64,000 nucleotides of DNA from Leptolyngbyaceae cyanobacterium (GCA_965263355.1 CBDHHL010000056.1:2368001-2432000); one strand, 5' to 3'; positions 31,901-42,851 are shown, counted from the first letter of the stretch. Numbers and translations: made by a program. The notes: generated by a model from the letters alone, not told the origin.

Positions 31901-32698
31901 TTACAGTGACCCTTGGAAGAATAGCCTCAAATAAGCTCGTATCAAGGCATTCCCAAAAAATAGACTAATTCCTGCACCGAAGGCTAAAAATGGACCAAAT
32001 GGAATGGGTTGGCGATGCTCTAACCTGCCTGATAGGGTCCCGAGCCCACCCACTAAGGCACCTAAACATGAAGCCAGCAGTATACTTAGCAGCAACCCTT
32101 GCCAGCCTAACCAGGCTCCTAGCATAGCAGCTAACTTACCATCGCCGCCGCCCATAGCGGTCCTGCCCATCATGATGTCACCTAATATCCTAATACCATC
32201 AAATAGCCAGAGGCCCAAAATACTGGCAGCAACACTAGCGATCAAGGCTGATGAAATCGTTTGGTCAGCTAGGAAAACGCCTTGGGCTAGCCAACCTAAA
32301 CACACACCTGACATCGTTAAAGCATTCGGCAGGGTAAACGTGTCGATATCAATTAGGGTAAGGGTCACCAACCAACTAATTAAGCCCCAATAAATAGGCG
32401 TTTCAAGCGTCCAGCCAAATCGTAGAAAGATAGCTACATACAACAGCCCGCTCAGCAATTCTACAAATGGATAACGTGACGAGATAGTACGCCGACAATA
32501 ACGACAGCGACCACGCAACCATAACCAACCCAAAATGGGCACATTGTCATAGGTCTTTAAGCGCGTGTGACACTGAGGACAGTGGGATGGGGGGAACAGT
32601 AGTGAACGTCCAGCTGGCAAGCGATAAACAACAACGTTAAGAAAACTACCAACAGCAGCGCCTAAAACAAAGACAAACAGATACGGTACTAGTGGCAT
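31901..32698 (-). CDS. pilD: prepilin peptidase
   Basis: GSFLNVV, two CxxC pairs, IDID, MGGGDGKL, IPFGPFL. Confidence 0.95.
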   Translation of the reverse strand: MPLVPYLFVFVLGAAVGSFLNVVVYRLPAGRSLLFPPSHCPQCHTRLKTYDNVPILGWLWLRGRCRYCRRTISSRYPFVELLSGLLYVAIFLRFGWTLETPIYWGLISWLVTLTLIDIDTFTLPNALTMSGVCLGWLAQGVFLADQTISSALIASVAASILGLWLFDGIRILGDIMMGRTAMGGGDGKLAAMLGAWLGWQGLLLSILLASCLGALVGGLGTLSGRLEHRQPIPFGPFLAFGAGISLFFGNALIRAYLRLFFQGSL

Positions 32699-33016
32699 CT
32701 AATGCAGGCCTGGCTCTAGCTGAGTTAACGGAATAAAACTCTCATGGGGTAACAGTATAGGCTTGGGGCCAAAAATGAGTTTGCCGCGTCGGGTAGTACG
32801 ACCAATGGCTACCCCAATCGGTCGGTCAACAATGTCAGGATGGACCTCGTAATAAGTACGATAAATGTGACGAGCCGCTCGTAGCAATGCCGGATCTAAC
32901 ATAGATGACGGGGAGCGCAAATTAAGTGGACTACGCTGTAGCCCAGATGCTGCTACGCTGGGATGCACAGCCGCCTCACCGTAATTACCATACTCTGGCC
33001 GTTGTAAAGATGACAC
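32699..33016 (-). CDS. conserved cyanobacterial hypothetical protein
   Basis: AARHIYRTY...RPIGVAI...RGKLIF..KPILLP; lies between leuB and pilD. Confidence 0.75.
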   Translation of the reverse strand: MSSLQRPEYGNYGEAAVHPSVAASGLQRSPLNLRSPSSMLDPALLRAARHIYRTYYEVHPDIVDRPIGVAIGRTTRRGKLIFGPKPILLPHESFIPLTQLEPGLH

Positions 33017-33230
33017 GACTGAATACTCCCTCTAGCTAGATAGTACTTTTGTAATGAGACTGATCTGATTTGTTGGCAAACGTAGCACGTCATTTGCTGA
33101 AAATACCCTATGTCTGCAAATAGAAACAGATCTGCCCCTATTCAGTACACCAATACTAGCTAGCATCGATGGATTGTGCCAGACCTTTCTCATCAGCATT
33201 ACTTCAAGGATGCTTAAGCTACATCTCAGA

Positions 33231-34319
33231 TCAGACTTCTTCATCCAGAGCTTGCAAAAGAGCCTCACCCATTGCCTTACAGCCAACAGCAGTCATCCCT
33301 TTGGCCATAATATCGCCGGTGCGATAGCCCTGATTGAGTACTGTATCTACAGCCTTTTCAATCATGGCAGCAGCTTGGGGGTGGTTCAAACCATAGCGCA
33401 GCATCATGGCAGCACTGAACACTTGCGCAAGGGGATTGGCTTTGTCTTGCCCCGCAATATCTGGAGCTGACCCATGCACAGGTTCAAATACACCGGGTCC
33501 CGAGACACCCAAGCTAGCGGAAGGGAGCATGCCTATGCTGCCAGTGAGCATAGCTGCCGCATCGGAAAGAATGTCACCAAATAAATTGCCCGTGACAATG
33601 GTGTCAAACTGCTTAGGCCAACGCAGTAGCTGCATGGCGGCATTGTCCACATATAAATGGGTTAATTCCACATCGGTGTAGTCCTGACCGAGGGCCGTCA
33701 TGCGATCGCGCCACAGCTGAGAAACTTCCAGGACATTAGCCTTATCCACGGAACACAGACGCCCCTGGCGCTTTTGGGCAGCCTCAAAAGCCACCCGACC
33801 AATGCGATCAACCTCAGCTCCGGTGTAGGCCATGGTATTCACCCCTCGCTGATCGCCATCGGCATCAAATACGCCACGGGGTTGTCCAAAGTAAATGCCG
33901 CCAGTTAACTCGCGTACCACCATAATATCCACCCCTTCAACCACCTCTCGCTTTAAAGAAGAGGAGTCAATTAACTGAGGCAAAATTGTGGCAGGTCGCA
34001 AATTAGCAAATAACCGCAGCCCCGCCCGCAGTCCTAGCAGACCTGTCTCTGGTCTCTGGTCACGGGGTAGTGAGTCCCACTTATAGCCACCGATAGCCGC
34101 CAACAGGACTGCATCACTTTGGCGACAGGTCGCCAAGGTTGCCTCCGGCAACGGGTTACCAGTCGCATCAATAGCACAACCGCCAATGGGTACCTCAGTA
34201 AAGTCAAACTGAATATCTACCTTTACACCAACCGATTTGAGAACATCAACAGCAACCGCTGTGATTTCAGGGCCAATACCATCGCCGGAAAGAAGAGTAA
34301 TACGAAACTGTTGGGTCAT
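33231..34319 (-). CDS. leuB: 3-isopropylmalate dehydrogenase
   Basis: [40 protein letters not shown]. Confidence 0.98.
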   Translation of the reverse strand: MTQQFRITLLSGDGIGPEITAVAVDVLKSVGVKVDIQFDFTEVPIGGCAIDATGNPLPEATLATCRQSDAVLLAAIGGYKWDSLPRDQRPETGLLGLRAGLRLFANLRPATILPQLIDSSSLKREVVEGVDIMVVRELTGGIYFGQPRGVFDADGDQRGVNTMAYTGAEVDRIGRVAFEAAQKRQGRLCSVDKANVLEVSQLWRDRMTALGQDYTDVELTHLYVDNAAMQLLRWPKQFDTIVTGNLFGDILSDAAAMLTGSIGMLPSASLGVSGPGVFEPVHGSAPDIAGQDKANPLAQVFSAAMMLRYGLNHPQAAAMIEKAVDTVLNQGYRTGDIMAKGMTAVGCKAMGEALLQALDEEV

Positions 34320-34377
34320 GGAGGCGAGTCAGATGATCAGAAAATCATATTGTAAGCATGGTGAAGCACGCAAGGCG

Positions 34378-35013
34378 ATGGACAAGTACATTTATCTTCA
34401 TGGGTTTGCCTCTGGCCCTCAATCTTACAAGGGCAGGTGGTTGCGATATCACCTCCAAAACTGCGACATTGACCTGCAACTGCTGGATCTTAACCAAGCA
34501 GACTTTGGCCATCTCACCCTAACTCGCCAAATTAATCAGGTAATCCAACAACTCCAAGGGCCTACCACCCTCATCGGTTCAAGTCTGGGGGGCATTGTCG
34601 CCGCCTGGGTAACCCAGCAATCTGCTTATGTTGAACGGCTGATTCTACTGGCTCCCGCCTTTCAATTTTTGAGCCAATATTTATCACGACTAGGACCAGA
34701 AAAACTGTGCCACTGGAAATCGACAGGCTGGCTATCGGTATATCACTATGGTCTAAAATCTCAACAGCAGTTGCACTATGATTTTTTAACCGATGCCCAA
34801 CGCTATCCAGACAGTCAATTAAAAAAGCCAGTCCCCACGTTGATTGTGCATGGTCAACAGGATGAGGTCATTGCGCTAGAGGCCAGCCGTCTCTATGCCC
34901 AACATCGGCCTTGGGTTACTCTGCATTCATTAGACACGGACCATAGCATGACCGACGCCATGGCAAACATTTGGCAACATATCCAGGATTTTTGTGAGCT
35001 ACCAAAGTTTTGA
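34378..35013 (+). CDS. YqiA/YcfP-like alpha/beta hydrolase (esterase)
   Basis: YLHGFASGPQS, GSSLGG nucleophile, HGQQDEVI, DH. Confidence 0.9.
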   Translation: MDKYIYLHGFASGPQSYKGRWLRYHLQNCDIDLQLLDLNQADFGHLTLTRQINQVIQQLQGPTTLIGSSLGGIVAAWVTQQSAYVERLILLAPAFQFLSQYLSRLGPEKLCHWKSTGWLSVYHYGLKSQQQLHYDFLTDAQRYPDSQLKKPVPTLIVHGQQDEVIALEASRLYAQHRPWVTLHSLDTDHSMTDAMANIWQHIQDFCELPKF

Positions 35014-35114
35014 GCTGAATCAGCCCTCAAAACTTGTAACTGATAACAGCTAACATTACGGATCAGTCCTAACAAAATGGCACAATAGGTAGCCTGCTGC
35101 CCATAGAATTTTCC

Positions 35115-36233
35115 ATGCTGCCTTTCTTGCGTGCTGATCTAGCCAACCTCAAGGCTTATCATCCTCACCCACCCATTCCCGAGCCCTATGATCAGCTTGA
35201 TACTAATGAGAGTCCACTTGATCTGCCAGCAGAGATAAAGGCGTCTTTAGCCAGCCACTATCAGCAAATCCTGGCAGCTAATCGCTATCCAGATGGTGGC
35301 CATACAGACCTTAAACAGGCCATTGCTGACTATGTAGCAGAAACAGCTGACGCTGCAACAACCATTGACATATCAGTAAACAATATATCGGTAGGCAATG
35401 GTTCTGATGAACTTATCCGTTCTCTGCTGATTGCAACGGCCCTTGACAACGGTTCAATTTTGGTAGCTAGCCCCACATTTTCAATGTATAGCATCCTGGC
35501 CCAAACCTTAGGTATTCCAGTTGTCGATGTCGGTCGCAGAGGTGACTTTTGTATCAATTTAGATAGGGCCCAAACTGCAATTGAACAGGAAACGATCCGG
35601 GCTGTGTTTATGGTGCATCCCAACTCCCCTACCGCCAATCCTTTGACAACGCCTGAAATTGACTGGCTACGACAGTTGCCTAGTGATGTGTTAGTCGTCA
35701 TCGATGAAGCGTATTTTGAATTTAGTGGACACACCCTTGTGGCTGATAGCCTGAGCCGTACTAATTGGGTAGTTCTGAGAACGTTCTCTAAAGCCTTTCG
35801 CCTCGCCGCCCACCGCGTCGGCTATGCCATTGCCCAGCCCGAACTGATTAACGCTCTAGAAAAAGTGAGGCTTCCCTACAATTTGCCAAGTTTTTCCCAA
35901 GCAGCAGCCTTAGCTGCTTTAACACACCGCTCCTCACTTTTAGCGGCTGTAGATAACACCATCACAGAACGGAAAAAAATGGTCACTTGGCTACAGGCGC
36001 AAGCCATGCTTTCCCTATGGCCTAGCAAAGCCAATTTTATTTATTGTCGTTTAAGCAATCAGGGGTTGTCGAAATTTGGGATGTCCCAAGCTGAGGGACT
36101 GAATTACATCTTTAAATACCTACTTCAGCAAGGCACCTTAATCCGTTATACGGGAGGAGGACTCCGTATTAGTTTGGGCACCACCGAAGAAAATCAGCGC
36201 ACACGGAAAAACCTACAGGCCTTGCTTCAATAA
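35115..36233 (+). CDS. hisC: histidinol-phosphate aminotransferase
   Basis: [40 protein letters not shown]. Confidence 0.92.
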   Translation: MLPFLRADLANLKAYHPHPPIPEPYDQLDTNESPLDLPAEIKASLASHYQQILAANRYPDGGHTDLKQAIADYVAETADAATTIDISVNNISVGNGSDELIRSLLIATALDNGSILVASPTFSMYSILAQTLGIPVVDVGRRGDFCINLDRAQTAIEQETIRAVFMVHPNSPTANPLTTPEIDWLRQLPSDVLVVIDEAYFEFSGHTLVADSLSRTNWVVLRTFSKAFRLAAHRVGYAIAQPELINALEKVRLPYNLPSFSQAAALAALTHRSSLLAAVDNTITERKKMVTWLQAQAMLSLWPSKANFIYCRLSNQGLSKFGMSQAEGLNYIFKYLLQQGTLIRYTGGGLRISLGTTEENQRTRKNLQALLQ

Positions 36234-36271
36234 CGGCAAGGGCCGTTCAATACCCTTATAGACTATGGCGT

Positions 36272-36904
36272 TTAACGGCTCATTTCCATACGTACACGGC
36301 GAACGGTTTGAGGCAGAACCCCAACCATCAAAGCAAATGCTTCGTTCGGGACGTTATCAATGGTGCTTTTATCAAAGTAAGTCTTAAACTGATCCAAAAT
36401 CATTTGGGCCCGATCGGTGGAACGAGGTTGATCAGTAAAATTCTGAGTTAAGCGAATCCACTGTAGACGGATTTTTAGAGCTTTTTGATGGTCCTCATGA
36501 TCATCAGGTTCAATTAAAGATAAATTTCCAAGGGGAATGATTTTATGACATCCCTGATCAAAATCACCGCCCACGGCTGCGCCAGGACCAGCAAATTCAG
36601 CATAAAACTCTCGAAAAAGAATCAGGCCGTTGCGACGACGACTATTGACGACTAATAAATCGCCACGATTAATTTTTTTGAGCAAACTGTCAACGGCTAA
36701 CGTTTCATTCACAGGCAAATTAGAACTAGAACCAAGAGGCTGCTTAGCTCGCTCAGCCCACCACTTTACCGTACTATCTTCTAGGTGCATAGCATTAACG
36801 GGAGGTGGTTGTGCTTGCACATTAAATATGTGGGCGCGCTTTCGGCCAAATGGCTTAACCGACGATGAGTAGAGTGAAGGTGGCTTGGATTGAGCATCCA
36901 TCAT
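36272..36904 (-). CDS. hypothetical protein, possible Crp-like transcription factor
   Basis: EFAGPGAAVG core; C-terminal HTH-like FALMVGVLPQTVRRV. Confidence 0.55.
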   Translation of the reverse strand: MMDAQSKPPSLYSSSVKPFGRKRAHIFNVQAQPPPVNAMHLEDSTVKWWAERAKQPLGSSSNLPVNETLAVDSLLKKINRGDLLVVNSRRRNGLILFREFYAEFAGPGAAVGGDFDQGCHKIIPLGNLSLIEPDDHEDHQKALKIRLQWIRLTQNFTDQPRSTDRAQMILDQFKTYFDKSTIDNVPNEAFALMVGVLPQTVRRVRMEMSR

Positions 36905-37198
36905 TTTAGAGCGTCTACCTAGGGCTAAGGTAATCCAGACTAATTACTCTTATTTGATACGAGCACGATGACTTTCGTGTACTAAATCAATCGAGTTTTA
37001 TCCAGTCTTTGATAGTTACCAGTCCCTCCTCATACTCACTACATAAAAAATAATATTTATCAGGAGGATATGGATATTTTCACGGTATAAGGGGTAATAA
37101 ACTCTGTATCCAAAGTGCACTAGACTTTCTATAAATACGTAAATAACAGTTTTCTAGGTATAACTCTAAGCACTTTTTATTTTGAGTACATTAAACAC

Positions 37199-37795
37199 TC
37201 AGGTTAATAACTCTTTAACCATCATTTGTCGCTGCTGCCAGAAAGGTGTCTCACCGCAGGCGGCGTAACCAATCTTGCGATATAGAGCAATAGCAGGGGG
37301 ATTATCCGTAGCAACATGGAGATAAAGCCTCTGACAGCCCCAAGTTTGACCAATATATTCACAAGCCAGCAGCATTTGTTGAGCCAAGCCACGACGACGA
37401 TGGTGGGCCTCTACCGCAACATTGGCAATATAGGGGCGACGGGGCTGTAGAGGTTGCCAGAACTGAGATCGCAACGAAATTTCTACCGTGCCTACTATTT
37501 TGGCCTCAGCAGACTTCTCCACAACCACTAAGCAACCATACTGATGCGAAGAGTTCTTTAAACGCCGCTTAATATCCTCTTGAATACCCAGACGCATCAA
37601 TGGATATAGCCAACGATTCAAGCGACCCTCAGGGTAGAAACTCGTCAGTAGTAACTCAACTAACTGGGATAAATCTGCAGGGTAGGCAGGCCGAAGTCGG
37701 TAGTTTTGGGGCAGAGTATGGACTCTTTCCCAGTTAAGTGTTGACATGGTGAGCGGCTGACCAGCTGGGGAACTCTTAGTTGGTAATAGGACCAT
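37199..37795 (-). CDS. GNAT N-acetyltransferase
   Basis: YIANVAV..HRRRGLA, LHVATDN..AIALYRKIGY. Confidence 0.9.
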   Translation of the reverse strand: MVLLPTKSSPAGQPLTMSTLNWERVHTLPQNYRLRPAYPADLSQLVELLLTSFYPEGRLNRWLYPLMRLGIQEDIKRRLKNSSHQYGCLVVVEKSAEAKIVGTVEISLRSQFWQPLQPRRPYIANVAVEAHHRRRGLAQQMLLACEYIGQTWGCQRLYLHVATDNPPAIALYRKIGYAACGETPFWQQRQMMVKELLT

Positions 37796-37908
37796 TCAAG
37801 CAGGTAATGTTCACATCGTAATGAATGGTTAAAAACACGGTCCAAGGGCGCACTACATTTTCTGCAGTCTATTCATTCCTACAGTCGATCAGATAACCAA
37901 CAGGGTGC

Positions 37909-40900
37909 ATGTCTAGTCCAACACGTAATCGACAAGCCCACGCGGTCAAGCCCAAAATTCTAGTCGTTGACGATGAACCTGACAATTTAGACCTGTTCTA
38001 TCGAACGTTCTATAGAGAATTTAAGGTTCTGCGGGCAGACAGTGGTCAAAACGCATTGACAAGTTTGGCCGAGAACCCAGATACCGCTGCCATTATTTCA
38101 GACCAGCGCATGCCCCATATGAGCGGCACAGAGTTGCTTTTACAAGTTGCGCAAAGCTACCCCAATACAATGCGGATAATGTTGACAGGCTACACTGATG
38201 TAGATGACCTAGTCGACGCTATCAATACAGGCAAGGTATTTAAGTACATTACTAAGCCCTGGGAGGAAGAGGATCTGCGAGGGGTAGTTCAACAGGCTAT
38301 CGAAACTCACTTAGTCCTCAAATCAAGAACTCGAGAACTTGATCGTATTCTTGAGCAAGAAACTCTCCTCAACGAAATCACCCACACTATTCACAGCACC
38401 GAAACCTCCGAAAAGATGCTGCAGGTAATCACCCGCACAGTGGGAGCAGCATTTGAAGCGGATTATTGTGTCCTACGGCCTTTGTATGATTCGCCAGGGC
38501 AGGGACAGAACTTCTGGACCTACCAAGCGGCTTCAGCCGCGAACATTGATGGAGACACTCTGGCAGACACCGCTATTGATAGCGATAGCCTACAGGTGAT
38601 GACGGCACCCAATCTCCCTGACCATAAGGCTTATCGAATCTTAAGCCCCCAATCTAGTATTCTTATACCGCTCACCAACAAACGTGAGCCTTTGGCCATT
38701 TTGGCACTGCATCACTGCCAGCAGGCCAAACGTTGGCAAACAGAGGAGCTAAAAACCCTGGGGACTTTGGTAGATCAAGCGGCCCTGGCATTGGCGCAGG
38801 CATGGACCTACGAACGAGTCCAGGCTCTGGCACAGCGAGAAGTCTTAATTAACACAATCACTCAGGCAATTCACAGTAGCTTAGAGCCAAAACAAATCTT
38901 TTCAGCCATCACCCAAAAACTGGGACAAGCTCTGCAAACTGACGGCTGTGCAATTTCGTTATGGACCCAGGACGATGACTATGTCGACTGTGTCGGCTTG
39001 TATGATGCCAAACAGGAAAAGATTCTCTCCTTACCAAAATCTCAGGTCAAAATCAGCGAGAACCCCATTCTACAGGAACTGCTAGTCAGCCGATCGCCCG
39101 TCGTCTTTGATGACTTATCGACATCGACCATTCACACCCCTAGCCATTTATCTCTTCAGGCACAGACAACGGCCCTACTGGTAGTGCCCTTAATTACTGA
39201 CGGTCAAATCATCGGTAGCATCAGTTTACGCCAGACCCAACCTCGTCACTGGCATATGGAAGAAATCAACTTGGCCCAGGCAGTTGCCAATCAAGCGGCG
39301 ATCGCAGTGCAGCAAGCTCGGTTATACCAAACCACCCGTCAACAGGCCGAACAATTAATGGCACTAGACAAGCAAAAGACTACATTTTTTCAGAACATTT
39401 CCCATGAATTTCGCACCCCTCTAACCCTGACCATCGGTCCCCTAGAGTCGGCTGTGGAAAATGGTACTGGACTGCCCCTAGATCAGTCGGTCATTGCCCT
39501 GCGCAATTCGCGTCGATTGCTGCGACTTGTCAACCAGCTACTGGACCTCCAGCGGCTTGATGCCGGGCGCATGCAGGCGACTTTTTATCCCTGCGACTTT
39601 GATCAAGTTGTTAAGGGCGTTGCTGAGGCATTTCAAGCCTATTGCGATCGCAAACGCATTACTCTAACCACTCAAATTCAGCCCTGCCCTTCGGTCTACC
39701 TTGACCTCGAAAAATTTGACAAGGTGCTCTATAACATTCTGTCCAATGCCGTTAAATTCACCCCAGCAGGAGGGGCCATTCAAATCACCTTAAATACCTT
39801 TGAAACCCGTTGCTATCTGGAGATCGAAGACACAGGGATTGGTATCCGAAAAGAACAACTACCCTACATTTTTGAACGCTTTCAACAGGCCGATGGCTCT
39901 GCTAATCGTACCCATGAGGGCACAGGCTTAGGTCTGGCACTTGTGAAAGAGTTGGTCGAACTTCATGGCGGGGAAATTCGAGTATCCTCCTCTTATGGGG
40001 CTGGCACCTTATTTACCGTTGAACTGCCGACAGGAGCTGACCATCTACCTGCGGATCGTGTCAATCAAACTGCCCGTACCCTGGAACAGAGGCGAGCAGC
40101 GGTAGAACTCGCCGATCTCCACAATCAAGTAGTGGCTGACACCACATTAGAGCCAACCCCAACTACATTAGAACCAACCCCAACTGCAGATACTGAAGAC
40201 ACTGCAGCGATTGAGCCACTCTCTTCCCCCACAATACCAAACATAGAAATAGCCGCATTATCAAATGCAACTGTAGCTCCAGAGAGTACAACCATCCTCG
40301 TCGTTGATGACAACCCAGATTTACGAAATTATGTAGCAACAATCTTGAAACAACAGAAATATCGCATCAAGACAGCAGATAACGGCGCAACTGGCCTTGC
40401 TGTAGCCAATCACATTCAGCCTCAATTGATTATTACGGATCTGATGATGCCCCAGGTTTCCGGGATAGAACTCATTCAGAAGGTCCGCCTTAATCCCAAA
40501 CTGCAAGGTACGCCCATCATTTTACTCACAGCCAAGGTCGATGATGACACTCGCTTAGAAGGCGTCGAACAGGGAGCAGATGCTTACATATCGAAGCCAT
40601 TTAAGGATCGCGAACTTTTGGCTGAAGTACGTAATTTATTGGCACTTAAGGCCAACGAACACCGGATAGCAGAACTCAACCAGTACCTCACTGAATCTGT
40701 CCTCAAGCGCTTTTTACCAGACTCCTTGGTGCAAAAGGCTGCCCATGGAACCCTACAGCTCAATCTCAAGCCCGAACCTCGCTTAGTGACCGTTTTATTT
40801 AGCGATATTGTGGGATTTACCCAACTGTCTAATACGTTGCGATCTCGCCGGGTAGCCGAACTCCTCAACGAATATTTTGAAGCCATGACCCATGCCATTT

Positions 40901-41358
40901 TTACCAGTGGCGGCACCGTTGATAAATTTATGGGGGACGCTGTTCTAGCCTTATTTGGTGCGCCAGAACCCCTGAGTCCCAATGAACAAGTCAGGCGTGC
41001 GATCGCAGCTGCGCGCCATATGTATAAAGCCCTAGAAGAGCTGAACCAACGTTGGAGTCAGCAGGGCGTTCCCCCTGTTAGATTCCGCTGTGGTATTCAT
41101 CAAGGCACTGCCGTAGTCGGCATGTTTGGCAGTGCTCAAAGAACAGACTATACCGCCATCGGCCCTAGCGTTAATATCGCTGCGCGCCTCCAAGAAGCCG
41201 CTGACGGCGAAAGCATTTTAGTCTCCGCCGCTGTCGCCGACTACCTCGACGAACAAGAAATCGTTAAATTCAGCCCTCTAAAGCTCAAGGGCATTGATGA
41301 AACAGTTCTAACATTCAACGTTAAAACAACCCTGCCAGAAGGTATAGGGATATCGTAG
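37909..41358 (+). CDS. cyaC: multidomain adenylate cyclase (REC-GAF-GAF-HisKA-HATPase-REC-cyclase), CyaC-type
   Basis: VVDDE receiver, two GAF domains, SHEFRTPL H-box, GTGLGL, second receiver, FSDIVGFT/DKFMGD/VNIAARL class III cyclase. Confidence 0.9.
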   Translation: MSSPTRNRQAHAVKPKILVVDDEPDNLDLFYRTFYREFKVLRADSGQNALTSLAENPDTAAIISDQRMPHMSGTELLLQVAQSYPNTMRIMLTGYTDVDDLVDAINTGKVFKYITKPWEEEDLRGVVQQAIETHLVLKSRTRELDRILEQETLLNEITHTIHSTETSEKMLQVITRTVGAAFEADYCVLRPLYDSPGQGQNFWTYQAASAANIDGDTLADTAIDSDSLQVMTAPNLPDHKAYRILSPQSSILIPLTNKREPLAILALHHCQQAKRWQTEELKTLGTLVDQAALALAQAWTYERVQALAQREVLINTITQAIHSSLEPKQIFSAITQKLGQALQTDGCAISLWTQDDDYVDCVGLYDAKQEKILSLPKSQVKISENPILQELLVSRSPVVFDDLSTSTIHTPSHLSLQAQTTALLVVPLITDGQIIGSISLRQTQPRHWHMEEINLAQAVANQAAIAVQQARLYQTTRQQAEQLMALDKQKTTFFQNISHEFRTPLTLTIGPLESAVENGTGLPLDQSVIALRNSRRLLRLVNQLLDLQRLDAGRMQATFYPCDFDQVVKGVAEAFQAYCDRKRITLTTQIQPCPSVYLDLEKFDKVLYNILSNAVKFTPAGGAIQITLNTFETRCYLEIEDTGIGIRKEQLPYIFERFQQADGSANRTHEGTGLGLALVKELVELHGGEIRVSSSYGAGTLFTVELPTGADHLPADRVNQTARTLEQRRAAVELADLHNQVVADTTLEPTPTTLEPTPTADTEDTAAIEPLSSPTIPNIEIAALSNATVAPESTTILVVDDNPDLRNYVATILKQQKYRIKTADNGATGLAVANHIQPQLIITDLMMPQVSGIELIQKVRLNPKLQGTPIILLTAKVDDDTRLEGVEQGADAYISKPFKDRELLAEVRNLLALKANEHRIAELNQYLTESVLKRFLPDSLVQKAAHGTLQLNLKPEPRLVTVLFSDIVGFTQLSNTLRSRRVAELLNEYFEAMTHAIFTSGGTVDKFMGDAVLALFGAPEPLSPNEQVRRAIAAARHMYKALEELNQRWSQQGVPPVRFRCGIHQGTAVVGMFGSAQRTDYTAIGPSVNIAARLQEAADGESILVSAAVADYLDEQEIVKFSPLKLKGIDETVLTFNVKTTLPEGIGIS
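40141..40182 (+). repeat. 21-bp tandem duplication (TTLEPTP x2) in the cyclase linker
   Basis: ACCACATTAGAGCCAACCCCA / ACTACATTAGAACCAACCCCA. Confidence 0.85.
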
Positions 41359-41382
41359 ATGGCAGCATTGCATGCCATGCCC

Positions 41383-41985
41383 TTAACCTGTAGGTAACCC
41401 ATAGCTATGCATGATGTGGCGCATGCGTTTTTTGGCCCGTGATACCCGTTTGCGCAATGTGGCTTGGCTGGGAATATCGGTTTCCCCCAGCTGCTCTAGA
41501 CGACTAGTAATTTGTGCCCACGACAATTGCTCAATCGTACGCCATACCAATAGTTGAGCCGTATGGTCATCCTCACGAGATAAGGCTCTGAGAGCCTTGT
41601 AGAGTAAATCAATCTCATGGCGCAAATCAATCGACTCCAGTACATAGTCAGGCTCAGCCCCGACACGATACTCGACATCATCATAACTCTGGGATGCCTG
41701 CCGCTGGGCCTGACGGCTTTTCTCACGCACGATATTGAACGCAGTGCGCTTGAGCCAGGCATGGGGATTGTAAATAACTTCACCATTACGCTGACGTGTT
41801 TTTCCCCGTAGATAGGCCTCAAACAAAATTTCATAGGGTTCAAACTGATGCATCAGTCGAAACTGATAGAGATGGCGGCGAACCGTAGCCAATGTGGAAT
41901 AAGCATAGGAATTACCACGACCTAAAATTTCAGAAAGGGCAAGATCCAAAACATCCAATAACGGCAATTCAGGTTGGTCAGCCAT
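41383..41985 (-). CDS. ECF-like sigma-70 family factor
   Basis: 200 aa; region-2-like EILFEAYLR...AWLKRTAFNIVREKSR; region-4-like LSWAQI...ATLRKRVSRAKKRMR. Confidence 0.82.
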   Translation of the reverse strand: MADQPELPLLDVLDLALSEILGRGNSYAYSTLATVRRHLYQFRLMHQFEPYEILFEAYLRGKTRQRNGEVIYNPHAWLKRTAFNIVREKSRQAQRQASQSYDDVEYRVGAEPDYVLESIDLRHEIDLLYKALRALSREDDHTAQLLVWRTIEQLSWAQITSRLEQLGETDIPSQATLRKRVSRAKKRMRHIMHSYGLPTG

Positions 41986-42011
41986 ACCAATGAGCAGGGG
42001 ATTCTCTTACA

Positions 42012-42038
42012 TAGTGATGTTCAGTGTGGCCCCGTGAC
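42012..42038 (-). promoter_or_regulatory. GTCAC-N17-CACTA motif, copy 1 (faces the sigma gene)
   Basis: Minus strand GTCAC ggggccacactgaacat CACTA; 26 nt upstream of the ATG at 41985. Confidence 0.72.
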
Positions 42039-42144
42039 ATTACGCATTTATCTATATTTATTCAAGAATACGTAGGTTTGCCCACAGAGGACCGTAGTTT
42101 ATCGTAACGACTTCAGCCAATTAGGAAACCATTTGAAATTTGCC

Positions 42145-42171
42145 GTCACAGTAGTATGGTCCCAGCCACTA
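42145..42171 (+). promoter_or_regulatory. GTCAC-N17-CACTA motif, copy 2
   Basis: GTCAC agtagtatggtcccagc CACTA; 45 nt upstream of the ATG at 42217. Confidence 0.72.
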
Positions 42172-42216
42172 ACCACTTAGCGTACTCATTCAGCACCGTT
42201 TAATGGAGACAAACCC

Positions 42217-42702
42217 ATGTTTAGCAATTCCAGCAATGTCAGCATTAGCAATCATGCCCAGCAACATCATGATTTGATCCATGCATATTGCCAGTTATCC
42301 ATCAAGCCTGACCTGAACGATAGTGATACTGATCGTTTGGACGGTATTTTGGCAATGGCTGAAACCGATTCGCTCATAAGTTTCTTAATCGATGAAGCAG
42401 ATCATATGCTGTCACACTTATATAGTTTGATTGATGAGAACGATATTGCTGACCAGCAGAAAAAATTACAAGCCTGCCTTAACGAATCATGGCTAAACCA
42501 AGCTTTTCAGGACCTAGCCCATCGTCTGCAAACGTCACAATGTAAAAGCCTGCAACAATACCTTAAAGAAGAGGGCTTTTACACCGGAGCGATTGATGGG
42601 GTAATGGGGTCCTTGACCAAAGCTGCCATGAAGCAATGTTGCGAACAGCAAGGACAACTGCCACAGCCATTACCGATTCATACCCCAGAGACTGTGAATT
42701 AA
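42217..42702 (+). CDS. sigma-associated protein with C-terminal peptidoglycan-binding-like domain
   Basis: GGAG RBS; helical N-domain; LQQYLKEEGFYTGAIDGVMGSLTKAAMKQ is PG_binding_1-like; no signal peptide or TM seen. Confidence 0.75.
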   Translation: MFSNSSNVSISNHAQQHHDLIHAYCQLSIKPDLNDSDTDRLDGILAMAETDSLISFLIDEADHMLSHLYSLIDENDIADQQKKLQACLNESWLNQAFQDLAHRLQTSQCKSLQQYLKEEGFYTGAIDGVMGSLTKAAMKQCCEQQGQLPQPLPIHTPETVN

Positions 42703-42797
42703 TAAAATGCTGTATTCCTTTTAACGCAAAGCTTTATACAACTTGGACTATAGCCAATTTGCTGATCCAATCGCTGTACTGACCACTATACCTACCG

Positions 42798-42824
42798 GTC
42801 ACATCTGCACGGAGGTCATCACTA
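42798..42824 (+). promoter_or_regulatory. GTCAC-N17-CACTA motif, copy 3
   Basis: GTCAC atctgcacggaggtcat CACTA; about 27-30 nt upstream of the pentapeptide gene start. Confidence 0.72.
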
Positions 42825-42851
42825 GTAGATAAGTAAGCCTACTAGACTCCT

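Noticed and set aside
31901..32698. pilD as part of the chaperone-usher pilus system
   Set aside because: PilD processes type IV prepilins; the subunits at 51.5-55.5 kb have ordinary AxA Sec signals, and pilD sits in its core accD-leuB context.
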